This document shows, piece by piece, positions 18,714 through 27,968 of a stretch of DNA of 63,821 nt (its first letter is position 1; every line of letters starts with the position of its first letter). A model generated the notes under the pieces. It was not told the origin of the DNA. It did not search any database and worked only from the letters and a program-made list of their open reading frames with translations. The position numbers and the translations under genes were made by a program. Origin of the DNA: Bacteroidales bacterium (GTDB lineage: Bacteria > Bacteroidota > Bacteroidia > Bacteroidales > JBBRXJ01). The stretch is taken from NCBI GenBank assembly GCA_038248505.1, contig JBBRXJ010000004.1, forward strand, positions 1-63,821. The letters run 5' to 3'.

Positions 18714-20870
18714 ATGAAGTCTGTTGGGAAAAAGGTAGATATTAAAAATTTAGTACCAAATCATAAACCAGCAATTAAACTTCGCGAAAGATTATATTTA
18801 GCATGTATATTTATAATCGCATGTTTGATTTATTCCAACACATTGAGCAATGAGTATGCTTTAGATGACAAAGCGGTTTTAACGCAAAATCAGTACACGT
18901 TACAAGGTTTTGAGGGCATTAAGGATCTTGTTACTCATGATCATTTTTTTGGCTATAAAGGTGCAACCAGTGGATTATATAGACCGCTTCCGCTCATTAC
19001 ACATGCAATAGAATATCAGCTTCTGGGCTTAAACTCTTTTGTAAGTCATTTAATTAATATACTCCTTTATGCACTATCCTGTGTTCTTCTATATATTCTT
19101 TTTCGTAAATTTTTAAAGGAGGAGCAATCGCTTGCCATTTTTATTGGGGTAATACTATTTACTGTTCACCCAATACATACTGAAGTGGTCGCAAATATTA
19201 AAGGTCGAGATGACCTTTTGGCGCTTGTTTTTATACTATTGAGTATGTTTTTATTTGTTGATTACACCCTTAATAATCGCTTGATAATTTATTTTGGTGG
19301 ATTAATAACATTTACACTAGCAGCACTCTCTAAAGAAAGTAGTTTAACCTTCGTTTTAGTAATTCCTGTTTGTCTGTATTTCTTCACTAAGGCATCTATT
19401 AAAAAAATGGTTATTGTTGGAGTGGTACTATTTCTTATAGCGCTTGTCTATTACTATGTTCGGTCACAATATATATCAACAGCTACTGAATATCGGTTTT
19501 TAGATAGTTATTTTCAATATGCCAATGATAGATCCATTCGCCTGGCTACAGGGCTAGCCAATATGCTCGATTATTTTAAGCTCCTTGTATTTCCATTTCC
19601 TCTAATTTACGATTACTCCTATAATCATACCCCATTACTCACATGGTCACATTGGAAGGTTTTACTTTCAATAGTGATTCTCTGTTTACTCTTTATAACT
19701 TTTGTGTACGGTTTTTATAGAAAACATTCGTATTCTTTTGCTATATATTTTTATTTTGCAACGATAGCATTATCATCAAATCTTTTAACCCCTAATCAAG
19801 CTATATTTGCCGAGCGTTATTTGTTTTTACCCTCAATAGGCGTTTTTTTATTTGTTTCTGTTCTTTTAGCTCGGTTGAATAATTTTAAAGACGATAGACC
19901 ATATACCATTTTTGAGATTATTGAAAGAAATAAATTTATAGTGGGAATCCTTACAGGTGTTTTTATCACGTTTACATTTTGTACGTATCAAAGAAATTTT
20001 GATTGGAAAAACGATCAAAGTCTTTTTACTTCAGCAATAAAATATGCCCCTTCAAATGCTCGTGTTCATTATAATTTGGGTTCTTTATTTGTAAGTAAAT
20101 TTACAGCAGAAGTTAATCAGGATACTGAAGAAAACTTTATTAATGCAGAGAGATATTTATTGCGCTGTGTGGCTATTGACTCAAATTTTTATGATTCCTA
20201 TTTTACCCTCGGCATTTTGTATAATAAACATAAAGATTATCTTAAATCAGCATATAATTTTGAACGATGCTTAAAGATTAGCACCGACGCATCAGGCGAT
20301 TACTCAGCTGAGAATGCTTTATTTTATGCAGGTTTAGGATATACCTCGGCTGGCAAGTTCAAGCAGGCATTAAATATGAATCTTCGTTACATATATTTCC
20401 CAGAAATAAAACGAGCTAAACAAATAGGCAATATGCCTTTCGCATATAATAATGCGGGAAATGCATACATGCAATTAAAGCAGTATGATAGTGCTATTGT
20501 ATATTTAAAAGAATCTATAAAGTTGAATCCTAACAACGAAACAAGTTTAAACAATATCGTTTTATGTTATAATCAAATCAATAAAAACCAAGAATCTGTC
20601 GATTATTTTGATAGCTTAACTACCGAAAATCCGAAAAATACTATTATTAAAAAATATCGGGGACTATGTTATTTTAATAAAAAGGATTACAAAAAGACGG
20701 TTGATCTATATTTGTCTTTTATAAATGATAACCCTCAAGATGCCTATTCTTTATACTATTTAGGGCTAAGCTATTATTATATGGGCAGTACGGAAAATGC
20801 CAAAATATATATTAGTAAAGCAGCAGAATTAGAATTTCGTTTTAAAGAGATACTAAATCAGATTCAGTAG
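18714..20870 (+). CDS. GT-C fold glycosyltransferase (PMT_2/TMTC-like) with C-terminal TPR repeats
   Basis: The ATG at 18714 gives MKSVGKK. The protein has about 10 TM helices and a first-loop acidic motif NEYALDDKAVL like the DD/DE motif of GT-C O-mannosyltransferase-like enzymes. The C-terminal ~270 aa consist of TPR repeats. Confidence 0.75.
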   Translation: MKSVGKKVDIKNLVPNHKPAIKLRERLYLACIFIIACLIYSNTLSNEYALDDKAVLTQNQYTLQGFEGIKDLVTHDHFFGYKGATSGLYRPLPLITHAIEYQLLGLNSFVSHLINILLYALSCVLLYILFRKFLKEEQSLAIFIGVILFTVHPIHTEVVANIKGRDDLLALVFILLSMFLFVDYTLNNRLIIYFGGLITFTLAALSKESSLTFVLVIPVCLYFFTKASIKKMVIVGVVLFLIALVYYYVRSQYISTATEYRFLDSYFQYANDRSIRLATGLANMLDYFKLLVFPFPLIYDYSYNHTPLLTWSHWKVLLSIVILCLLFITFVYGFYRKHSYSFAIYFYFATIALSSNLLTPNQAIFAERYLFLPSIGVFLFVSVLLARLNNFKDDRPYTIFEIIERNKFIVGILTGVFITFTFCTYQRNFDWKNDQSLFTSAIKYAPSNARVHYNLGSLFVSKFTAEVNQDTEENFINAERYLLRCVAIDSNFYDSYFTLGILYNKHKDYLKSAYNFERCLKISTDASGDYSAENALFYAGLGYTSAGKFKQALNMNLRYIYFPEIKRAKQIGNMPFAYNNAGNAYMQLKQYDSAIVYLKESIKLNPNNETSLNNIVLCYNQINKNQESVDYFDSLTTENPKNTIIKKYRGLCYFNKKDYKKTVDLYLSFINDNPQDAYSLYYLGLSYYYMGSTENAKIYISKAAELEFRFKEILNQIQ

Positions 20871-21163
20871 TTGTATTAAGCTGAGGGATTGGGATTTTTT
20901 ATACCATATAATTTTATACCAATACCGGTTTCTCAAAATCATTTCGCTTTTTGTTGCGGATTGGCAGCGATTTTTCAATGTCCCTTGTGCTGAGGCAATT
21001 ACTATTGAATGCTATACCTGGGTTTTCACCCGCTGTTATTTATATATTGGCCTTTTTGGATAGAGGAAGTAATAGTTGCGTTGTGACTTTGATTTGCGTG
21101 CCGGCTATTAAAAGAAAACCCGTACATTAAAAATGTCTGGGTTAAAATATGTTTACTTACAAG

Positions 21164-21212
21164 AATAACTATTTAAGTAGCCAAAATATTTTTGGCTACT
21201 TAAATAGTTATT
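21164..21212. terminator. Bidirectional terminator, 23-bp perfect palindrome
   Basis: AATAACTATTTAAGTAGCCAAAA-TAT-TTTTGGCTACTTAAATAGTTATT, located between convergent genes ending at 20870 (+) and 21222 (-). Confidence 0.7.
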
Positions 21213-21221
21213 AGAATGTAA

Positions 21222-21605
21222 TTAATCTACGATTTCGATCATTTTGAAAGGTACACGAATGATTGATTCATAATCTTCACCAGCCTCAAGCATATCTTCG
21301 TCATCCTCTTCATAATACCAGTTAATTAGGACTTCATTCTTTTGTGTTTTGTGAATGGCTTCGAGTTTTTTGAAGACATCTAAAATACACTTAGAACTAC
21401 TTGTATTAAAGTATTCGAGCTGCACATTAACATTGGTTAATTTTTGCGGACCTTTCGAATACTCTTCAAGCCATTCTATTAATGGTTTGTAAAATTCGAT
21501 TGAGTTTTCAGGAATTGATCTTCCTTTAATCTCGACCATGCCAGTTAGGGCATCAAACTTAACGGTCGGGGTTTTTGGCGTTCCTTCGATTGAAATGGGT
21601 TCCAT
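21222..21605 (-). CDS. SiaC-like regulatory phosphoprotein (DUF1987)
   Basis: 127 aa collinear with DUF1987: IEGTPKTPTVKFD..G..EIKGRSIPENSIEFYKPLIEWLEEY, LEYFNTSSSK and INWYYEEDDEDMLEAGEDY. Confidence 0.85.
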   Translation of the reverse strand: MEPISIEGTPKTPTVKFDALTGMVEIKGRSIPENSIEFYKPLIEWLEEYSKGPQKLTNVNVQLEYFNTSSSKCILDVFKKLEAIHKTQKNEVLINWYYEEDDEDMLEAGEDYESIIRVPFKMIEIVD

Positions 21606-21612
21606 AATGATT

Positions 21613-22164
21613 TTATTTTAACACTTTAACATTGAGACTGTAAAAATACCAATTATTCTTATATTCAAAAAAATTATACTCTAATTTATTTTTGGTTCTT
21701 TTAGCTATATCAATTAATCCAAGTCCACCTCCGCCTTTAGCTGAAAGTTCTTGATTATTTAATACATCCATATACATACCCTTTAATTCATCTTCCGTTG
21801 AAGCATTAATTTTCTCTATTTTATCAATTAAATAATCTCGCTGATCTTTTTCAACGAAATTACCCAAAACAATTAAAATATGATCTTCATTTTTCTGAAT
21901 AACCATAATTCCTGTCTTATCCCCTAATTCTTTTTCAAGTTCAGCTGGGTATTGCTCTGTATGGTGAAAAAGATTTTGTAAACCTTCAATAAGAACGTTG
22001 TAAACTTTTTTAATCACTTTAGGATGCTCGTCCATAGCAATAAGTTTGTTCTCTACTTCTTGAAGAATAGAATTTACTACTTCAGTAGTAACTTTACCCT
22101 TAAAAGCAGTAACCAAGTTGCCATTCTGCAGTGTATTAAAATATTTATTTAGATCAAAACTCAT
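21613..22164 (-). CDS. SiaB-like protein kinase (DUF6272, GHKL-like fold)
   Basis: The ATG at 22164 gives MSFDLNKYF. Motifs include VYNVLIEGLQNLFHH and KGGGGLGLIDIAKRT (G-rich ATP-lid like). It ends 7 nt before the SiaC-like gene. Confidence 0.72.
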   Translation of the reverse strand: MSFDLNKYFNTLQNGNLVTAFKGKVTTEVVNSILQEVENKLIAMDEHPKVIKKVYNVLIEGLQNLFHHTEQYPAELEKELGDKTGIMVIQKNEDHILIVLGNFVEKDQRDYLIDKIEKINASTEDELKGMYMDVLNNQELSAKGGGGLGLIDIAKRTKNKLEYNFFEYKNNWYFYSLNVKVLK

Positions 22165-22270
22165 AGTTGTGAGAAGTGCATTCCAACGTTTTAACAAATC
22201 TAAGAAAAAAAAACGAATTGCATAAATATTCGGTATTTATTTTTATAGTATTGTATATCATTATTATAGA

Positions 22271-25200
22271 CTATTTGAAACCTATATATTTTTGTATTGT
22301 ACGAAGCAAGAAGAGGCCATCAACTGGTTTTGTAAGGTATTCATCTGCCCCTTCATTTAGGGTTTTTTCGGCATCACCCATCATTGCAAAGGCGGTTTGC
22401 ATAATTACAATTTGGTTAGGGTTTATTTTTTTAATATGCTTCATAGCCTCAAGTCCGCTCATTCCAGGCATTTTAATATCCATAAGTAGTATGTCAAATA
22501 TTCTGCCAGAGTTGTATAAATCGATTGCTTCTTCGCCTGTTTTGGCTCGTTCAACTTCTGCGCCAGTATATTTAAAAAGTTCATGCAGGTATATATAATT
22601 ATAATCTTCGTCTTCGGCAATTAAAATTCTTTTTCCGTTCCATTTAAAATCGTCTTCAGCTGAGAGATCTGTTATATCTTTATCCTTAAAACTAATTTCA
22701 GTAATAAAAGTTAGAGGTATCATTACTGAAAACCTAGATCCACGTCCATCTTCAGATATGATGCTAATTTCTCCACCTAATAATTCAGCATATCCTTTTG
22801 AAATTGATAAACCTAAACCAGTACCTCCATATTTTCTACTTACATTTAAATCGGCTTGAACAAAGCGGTTAAAAATAATTGTTTGTTGATCTTTTGAAAT
22901 TCCAATTCCACTGTCTTTCACAAAGAATTCTACTAAATTTTCTTTTTGCATATACCCAAATTCAATAAAACCTTCGGCTGTAAATTTGATGGCATTTGAA
23001 AGCAGATTAGAAATTAGTTGTTTTAATTTAGAATCATCAACAACAACAGTAGCTTTATCGTCTTTTCTTTCTTTAAAAAGGATTAGTTTAAGTCCTTTGG
23101 CACGTACATCTCCATTAAAAAGCAAGAACAAATCATCAAGCAAATGATTAAGGTTCGTTTTTTTCTCAATAATGTTTACCTGATTTGCTTCAATTTTAGA
23201 TATATCAACCAAATCGTTAATAATGCCGAGAAGTTGATTGCAATTGTCTTGAATTATTTTTACATATTGACGGCGATCTTCATCTTCCGTTTTTTGATTA
23301 ATAAGTAAATTAGAGAAGCCGAGAATACCGTTCATGGGTGTACGAATTTCATGACTCATATTAGCAAGGAAAGCCGATTTTAAGCGGTCGCTCTCTTCAG
23401 CTCGTTCTTTTGCACGTATTAACTCTCGTTCGGTATTTTTTTTATCTGTAATATCTTCCTTAATTGCTATATAATTTGTAATACGCCCAAAGGCATCTTT
23501 TACAGGTGAGATGGTTATATTTTCAATAAATAAGGCACCATCTTTTTTCTTATTTCTAATGACTCCTGACCATACATCTCCATTTGAAATTGTTTTCCAT
23601 AGATTCTCATAAAACTCATTCGTATGCAAACCAGATTTGGTTATATTGGATTTTTTTCCGATTACTTCTTCCACCGAAAACCCTGTTAAATCATAGAACT
23701 TTTTATTTGCATATTCAATTATTCCTTGTGTGTTTGTTACCACTATGCTGTTTGCACTTTGTTCTATCCCAATTTTTAGTTGTCTATTCTCATTCTCAGC
23801 TATGCGGGCATCTGTTAAGTTGAGAATTATTCCGTCAATAAATTTTATATTCTGATTTTCGTCAAAAACAGCTCTACCTGTATCTAAAAGCAGTAGTGTT
23901 TTTGAATCATGGGTAACTACTGTATATTCTTCCGTTGATTCAACTTTACCTTGCCAACGATATAGCTGACCATTGGTGAAAAACAACTGATGATTATATG
24001 CGTTATATAAAGATTCAATATTTTTATAGCTAAATATAATAGCTAAGGCCTGATTTGCAAAAATCAATTCACCTTTTGATGACACTCTATAGATGCCTAT
24101 TGGCAAACCATTGGCAAGGGTTCTATATTTTTGTTCGCTCTCTTCAAGTTTTATATTTTTTTGCTCAATGGTTTTCTTTGAATCTTGCAGTTTACGATAT
24201 CTATAAAACACAATTAAGATCATAATTAGCAATAAACTAATTATTAGTGTTAAAAAATACTTTGTGAATAATTGCTGCTTTAATTCAAGATTTCGGATAA
24301 TTGAATCTTTTTTTCGTGTTTCAAAAACCGTTCTCATAATTTCAAGGCGGCTTTTACTTTCTTGTGAAAATATGCTGTCGCTTATGGCTATTGAAAGACT
24401 GTGAAAGTTATAGGCATTTTGGAAATCTCCTTTTTCTTTATAAATCTGAGAAAGCAAATCATTTAGTTCTACCAATAGAATCCCATATTTGCTTTTATTG
24501 GCTAATGTAATTGCAGAATCAATTTGTTGGTGTGCAATAGACCATTGCTTCAATTTAAATGCAATTTTACCACGCAAAATAAAAACCTTACTTAAATAAA
24601 AATAATCTTTATATAGTCTTGCGTTTTTTTCTGCTAAAGTCAAATATTTTAGTGTTTCCTTTTCATTATTCAGTATGTTATAGACTTCAGCTAAACTATA
24701 TAGGGTAACAGGAACGTAAATATTTTTACCATACTTCACCTTTATTCGAAGCGATTCAGTTAAAAAGAGAATTGCTTTGTCATAATTACCCATTAACTTA
24801 TAGGTATTTCCTATGCGATTATAGCAATAGGAAATTGTAATTGAGTCGCCAAAATTAGTAAAGATTTCAAGGGCTTGATTTAAAGATTCAAGCGCATCGA
24901 TATAATGACCTGATTCGCTGTAAACCTGACCTAAGTTTAAGGCTCCTTCAGCTAATATTTTGGTAAGGCCATTTTCTTCTGCAATCTGTATGCCTTGTTG
25001 TATGCGCTCTAAACCTTGATCACGCATGCCTACTCTATTGTAAGAATAACCTGATGCACTAAGTAATTGAGCTTTTTTAGCGGGAGTAATTTTATTTGAA
25101 AATAAATCAAGAAAATAATTGATTCTTTCTATAAAAGCTAATTCACCATCTTTATTTTTATTAATCGATAATAAGCTATCGGCTAATTGTTCGGCTAAAA

Positions 25201-25306
25201 CACCATTATAATGATATTTTAAAACGTTAAACAAACTATCGACACGAGCGCTTGCGCTGATAGATAATGAGCTGATAACCAGTATGAAAATGAATATTTT
25301 CTTCAA
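22271..25306 (-). CDS. Hybrid sensor histidine kinase/response regulator with extracytoplasmic TPR domain and two PAS domains
   Basis: 1011 aa. Signal peptide, about 330 aa of TPR repeats, a TM helix, two PAS domains, HisKA (FLANMSHEIRTPMNG), HATPase_c (GGTGLGLSISKGYAELLGG) and REC (ILIAEDEDYN...LLMDIKMPGMSG). The apparent start is TTG. Confidence 0.9.
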   Translation of the reverse strand: MKKIFIFILVISSLSISASARVDSLFNVLKYHYNGVLAEQLADSLLSINKNKDGELAFIERINYFLDLFSNKITPAKKAQLLSASGYSYNRVGMRDQGLERIQQGIQIAEENGLTKILAEGALNLGQVYSESGHYIDALESLNQALEIFTNFGDSITISYCYNRIGNTYKLMGNYDKAILFLTESLRIKVKYGKNIYVPVTLYSLAEVYNILNNEKETLKYLTLAEKNARLYKDYFYLSKVFILRGKIAFKLKQWSIAHQQIDSAITLANKSKYGILLVELNDLLSQIYKEKGDFQNAYNFHSLSIAISDSIFSQESKSRLEIMRTVFETRKKDSIIRNLELKQQLFTKYFLTLIISLLLIMILIVFYRYRKLQDSKKTIEQKNIKLEESEQKYRTLANGLPIGIYRVSSKGELIFANQALAIIFSYKNIESLYNAYNHQLFFTNGQLYRWQGKVESTEEYTVVTHDSKTLLLLDTGRAVFDENQNIKFIDGIILNLTDARIAENENRQLKIGIEQSANSIVVTNTQGIIEYANKKFYDLTGFSVEEVIGKKSNITKSGLHTNEFYENLWKTISNGDVWSGVIRNKKKDGALFIENITISPVKDAFGRITNYIAIKEDITDKKNTERELIRAKERAEESDRLKSAFLANMSHEIRTPMNGILGFSNLLINQKTEDEDRRQYVKIIQDNCNQLLGIINDLVDISKIEANQVNIIEKKTNLNHLLDDLFLLFNGDVRAKGLKLILFKERKDDKATVVVDDSKLKQLISNLLSNAIKFTAEGFIEFGYMQKENLVEFFVKDSGIGISKDQQTIIFNRFVQADLNVSRKYGGTGLGLSISKGYAELLGGEISIISEDGRGSRFSVMIPLTFITEISFKDKDITDLSAEDDFKWNGKRILIAEDEDYNYIYLHELFKYTGAEVERAKTGEEAIDLYNSGRIFDILLMDIKMPGMSGLEAMKHIKKINPNQIVIMQTAFAMMGDAEKTLNEGADEYLTKPVDGLFLLRTIQKYIGFK

Positions 25307-25920
25307 AATAGGTAGTTCTTTAATACAAATATACAGATTCGCTCTATTATATTAAAAAGGAAATAACTCTTTTAACGTATAAATGTTAAATATCATTTTG
25401 ATTTGCCATATATGAATTAAAAAGGATAAAATTCCGGATTACCCTTATTATACTACAATAACGTAAATCATGATTATTGCACTTTATTTGTAGCGGAGAG
25501 GCTAAATTTTTTATGTTATTTGTACCACAACATGCTACATTGCATGCTATACTTCCAGTTTCACCCAAGCTTATTTTGGTATAGCCCTACAGGGCAAATT
25601 ATGTAATAGACTGGCCGCTACTTTGAGTTCTGCCCAGTCTATCACATAATTTCATAAATTAAGAGCCTAAATATTAGTACAATAGCATTGTTTGTAATAG
25701 AACGAAACAAAATATTTTTTATCAGTAGATATGAAATGATTATTTTTAATCTGTTTTAATAGACATCATGATTGGTAAATGAAGGCGATTATTGTAGAAA
25801 TCATTTTACAAAGCTATTCGTTTTGATTTATTTAAAACACTATTTTTTTGTGGCATAGGGTGAAGTTAAAATATATTAGATTTTTTTAGATAAAAATTAA
25901 CATCAAAATACACTTTTAAA

Positions 25921-26325
25921 ATGGTTGAAAAAAAAACCTGTCTCGATTGCGGAGAATTATTAATGGGCAGAATTGATAAGAAATTTTGTTCTGATCAATG
26001 TAGGAATAATTATAACAATAGATTAAATAGTGACACCAACAATCAGGTTCGATTGATAAATAATATTCTTCGCAAAAATCGTCGCATACTTGAAGAGTTA
26101 AATCCAAATGGTAAGCTAACTGTTCACAAAGACAAGCTTTCAACCATGGGATTTAATTTTATGTATCACACTCATATTTATACTAGTAAAAATGGAAACA
26201 CTTACTTCTTCTGTTACGAACAAGGATATCTGGCTTTAGAAAAGAGCTTTTTTATGTTAGTACGCCGTGAAGAAAGTCACGCAAAAGAGTTTAGTGCTAA
26301 AGATGAGAAAACACAAAATGTATGA
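25921..26325 (+). CDS. Zinc-ribbon hypothetical protein
   Basis: 134 aa with an N-terminal CxxC...CxxxC motif (CLDCGELLMGRIDKKFCSDQCRNNY). The stop overlaps the next start (ATGA at 26322). Confidence 0.6.
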   Translation: MVEKKTCLDCGELLMGRIDKKFCSDQCRNNYNNRLNSDTNNQVRLINNILRKNRRILEELNPNGKLTVHKDKLSTMGFNFMYHTHIYTSKNGNTYFFCYEQGYLALEKSFFMLVRREESHAKEFSAKDEKTQNV

Positions 26326-27596
26326 AAAATATAATTACATTTTTCATTTTATTTCACTCTTTCATTTTCTGTAATTCACAAAATACTTCAAACGAGGTTT
26401 TATGTTATCCTATACCAAATGTGTTGGAATGTTTTGATGGCAGCACCGTTAATGATTCAGCAAAATGGTGGAATACAAAACGACCCGAACTGTACAATTT
26501 TTTTGAAGAACACGTTTATGGGAAGATGCCAGATAAAAAAATAGCTTTAAAATATAAAACATTGCGAATAAATAATAATGCTTTAAATGGGAAAGCCATT
26601 CGCAAAGAGCTGCGTATATATTTTAGCGAATTAGATACAAGTTTATATATGGATATATTGATGTATCTTCCTAAAAATAAGGATTCTGTACCCATATTTC
26701 TCAGCTATAATTTTTTTGGTAATCAATGTATTAATAAAGATACTGGTATTTATATTACTCAACATTGGGTTCCATGGCAAAACAAATATGGAACAAGAAA
26801 TTTTAAAGCTACGGATACTACACGAGGCATAGAATCTGAAAGATGGCCTATTGATACAATACTTTCTAGCGGATATGGTATTGCAAGCATTTATTGTGGT
26901 GATGTTGATCCGGATTATGATGACGGTTTTAAAAATGGGGTTCATAAATTGTTTTATCGTTCAGGACAAGAAAAACCAGACTCAAATGAGTGGGGAACAA
27001 TATCAGCATGGGCCTGGGGCTTGAGTAGAGCGATGGATTTTTTAGAGACAGAAACTTTAGTTGACAATAAACGTGTTATTGTATTGGGACATTCCCGACT
27101 AGGGAAAGCAGCATTGTGGGCAGGGGCATCTGATGTGCGATTTGCTGCTGTAATATCAAACAATTCGGGATGTACAGGTGCTAAATTATCAAAGCGAATG
27201 ACGGGTGAATCCATAGAAAAAATAAATACTAAATTTCCATATTGGTTCTGTGGTAATTATAAGAAGTATATTAACAAGGAAAAATTACTCCCTGTTGACC
27301 AACATGAACTAATAGCACTAATAGCTCCACGCCCTGTTTATATTGCCAGTGCAAGTCTTGACAATAATGCTGATCCCGAAGGAGAATTTTTGGCAACTAA
27401 ATTTGCAGCTCCTGTTTACGAATTACTTGGTGCGGGTACACTTGCAGCCGATAGCATGCCTGTTGCTGAGCATCCAATAAAAAGTATTATTTCATATCAT
27501 TTAAGAACAGGTTCACATAATATTCTACTATACGACTGGCTGCAATATATTAATTTTGCTGATAGGTGGATATTGAGGAGTCATGATAGGTATTAG
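26322..27596 (+). CDS. Carbohydrate esterase family 15-like (glucuronoyl esterase type) alpha/beta hydrolase, secreted
   Basis: 424 aa with a signal peptide. The nucleophile motif VLGHSRLGKAALWAGASDVRFAAVISNNSG matches the bacterial CE15 pattern GHSRxGK. There is a late His in RTGSHNI. Confidence 0.7.
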   Translation: MKNIITFFILFHSFIFCNSQNTSNEVLCYPIPNVLECFDGSTVNDSAKWWNTKRPELYNFFEEHVYGKMPDKKIALKYKTLRINNNALNGKAIRKELRIYFSELDTSLYMDILMYLPKNKDSVPIFLSYNFFGNQCINKDTGIYITQHWVPWQNKYGTRNFKATDTTRGIESERWPIDTILSSGYGIASIYCGDVDPDYDDGFKNGVHKLFYRSGQEKPDSNEWGTISAWAWGLSRAMDFLETETLVDNKRVIVLGHSRLGKAALWAGASDVRFAAVISNNSGCTGAKLSKRMTGESIEKINTKFPYWFCGNYKKYINKEKLLPVDQHELIALIAPRPVYIASASLDNNADPEGEFLATKFAAPVYELLGAGTLAADSMPVAEHPIKSIISYHLRTGSHNILLYDWLQYINFADRWILRSHDRY

Positions 27597-27668
27597 GAAA
27601 GGAATGGTGCGGATCGAAATGGAGAAAGAAAATGAGTTACGACTAAGGCAAATTGAACTATTATAAAA

Positions 27669-27968
27669 TCACCGGAATAATAGACCCGAAAAGGGGTTAA
27701 ATGATTTTACACGTTTTTGTTTCTTCTCTAATTTTTTAAAGTTATTGCCAATGTAAAAATAGTTAAGCCACCAACCGGATATATTATTACTTAACATTTT
27801 TTGACGTATTTTATATGTTTTGTAATGCTTCATTATACCAAGGTAAGAATTTAAACTGCTTAAAAAAGAAACTTGTTCTTCAGCAGTTGGCTTGTGGTCT
27901 CTGGCTATCTTGTTATGTTTATTAATTGCTTGGTATAAATAGCATATATTTGTAGTATTTTCATACAT
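27669..27968 (-). CDS. Hypothetical ORF, possibly a C-terminal fragment of a stand-alone reverse-transcriptase-like protein
   Basis: 99 aa. The segment SSLNSYLGIMKHYKTYKIRQKML resembles, from memory only, the SY.G..KH...Y.LR C-terminal tail of Bacteroidota RT-domain proteins. No RT core (YxDD) is readable upstream in any frame. Confidence 0.2.
   Translation of the reverse strand: MYENTTNICYLYQAINKHNKIARDHKPTAEEQVSFLSSLNSYLGIMKHYKTYKIRQKMLSNNISGWWLNYFYIGNNFKKLEKKQKRVKSFNPFSGLLFR

Noticed and set aside
20940-21110. Slightly GC-richer stretch containing GCTGAGGCAATT as a third copy of the 43762 hairpin arm
   Set aside because: Only about 10 nt match and no flanking similarity to the repeat family exists. 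This is probably chance.
25386-25568. Cys-rich 60-aa ORF (possible RiPP-like peptide)
   Set aside because: It starts at TTG and lies in a promoter-rich divergent intergenic region. There are no adjacent modification or export genes, and the Cys content is explained by AT-rich antisense composition. Treated as spurious.
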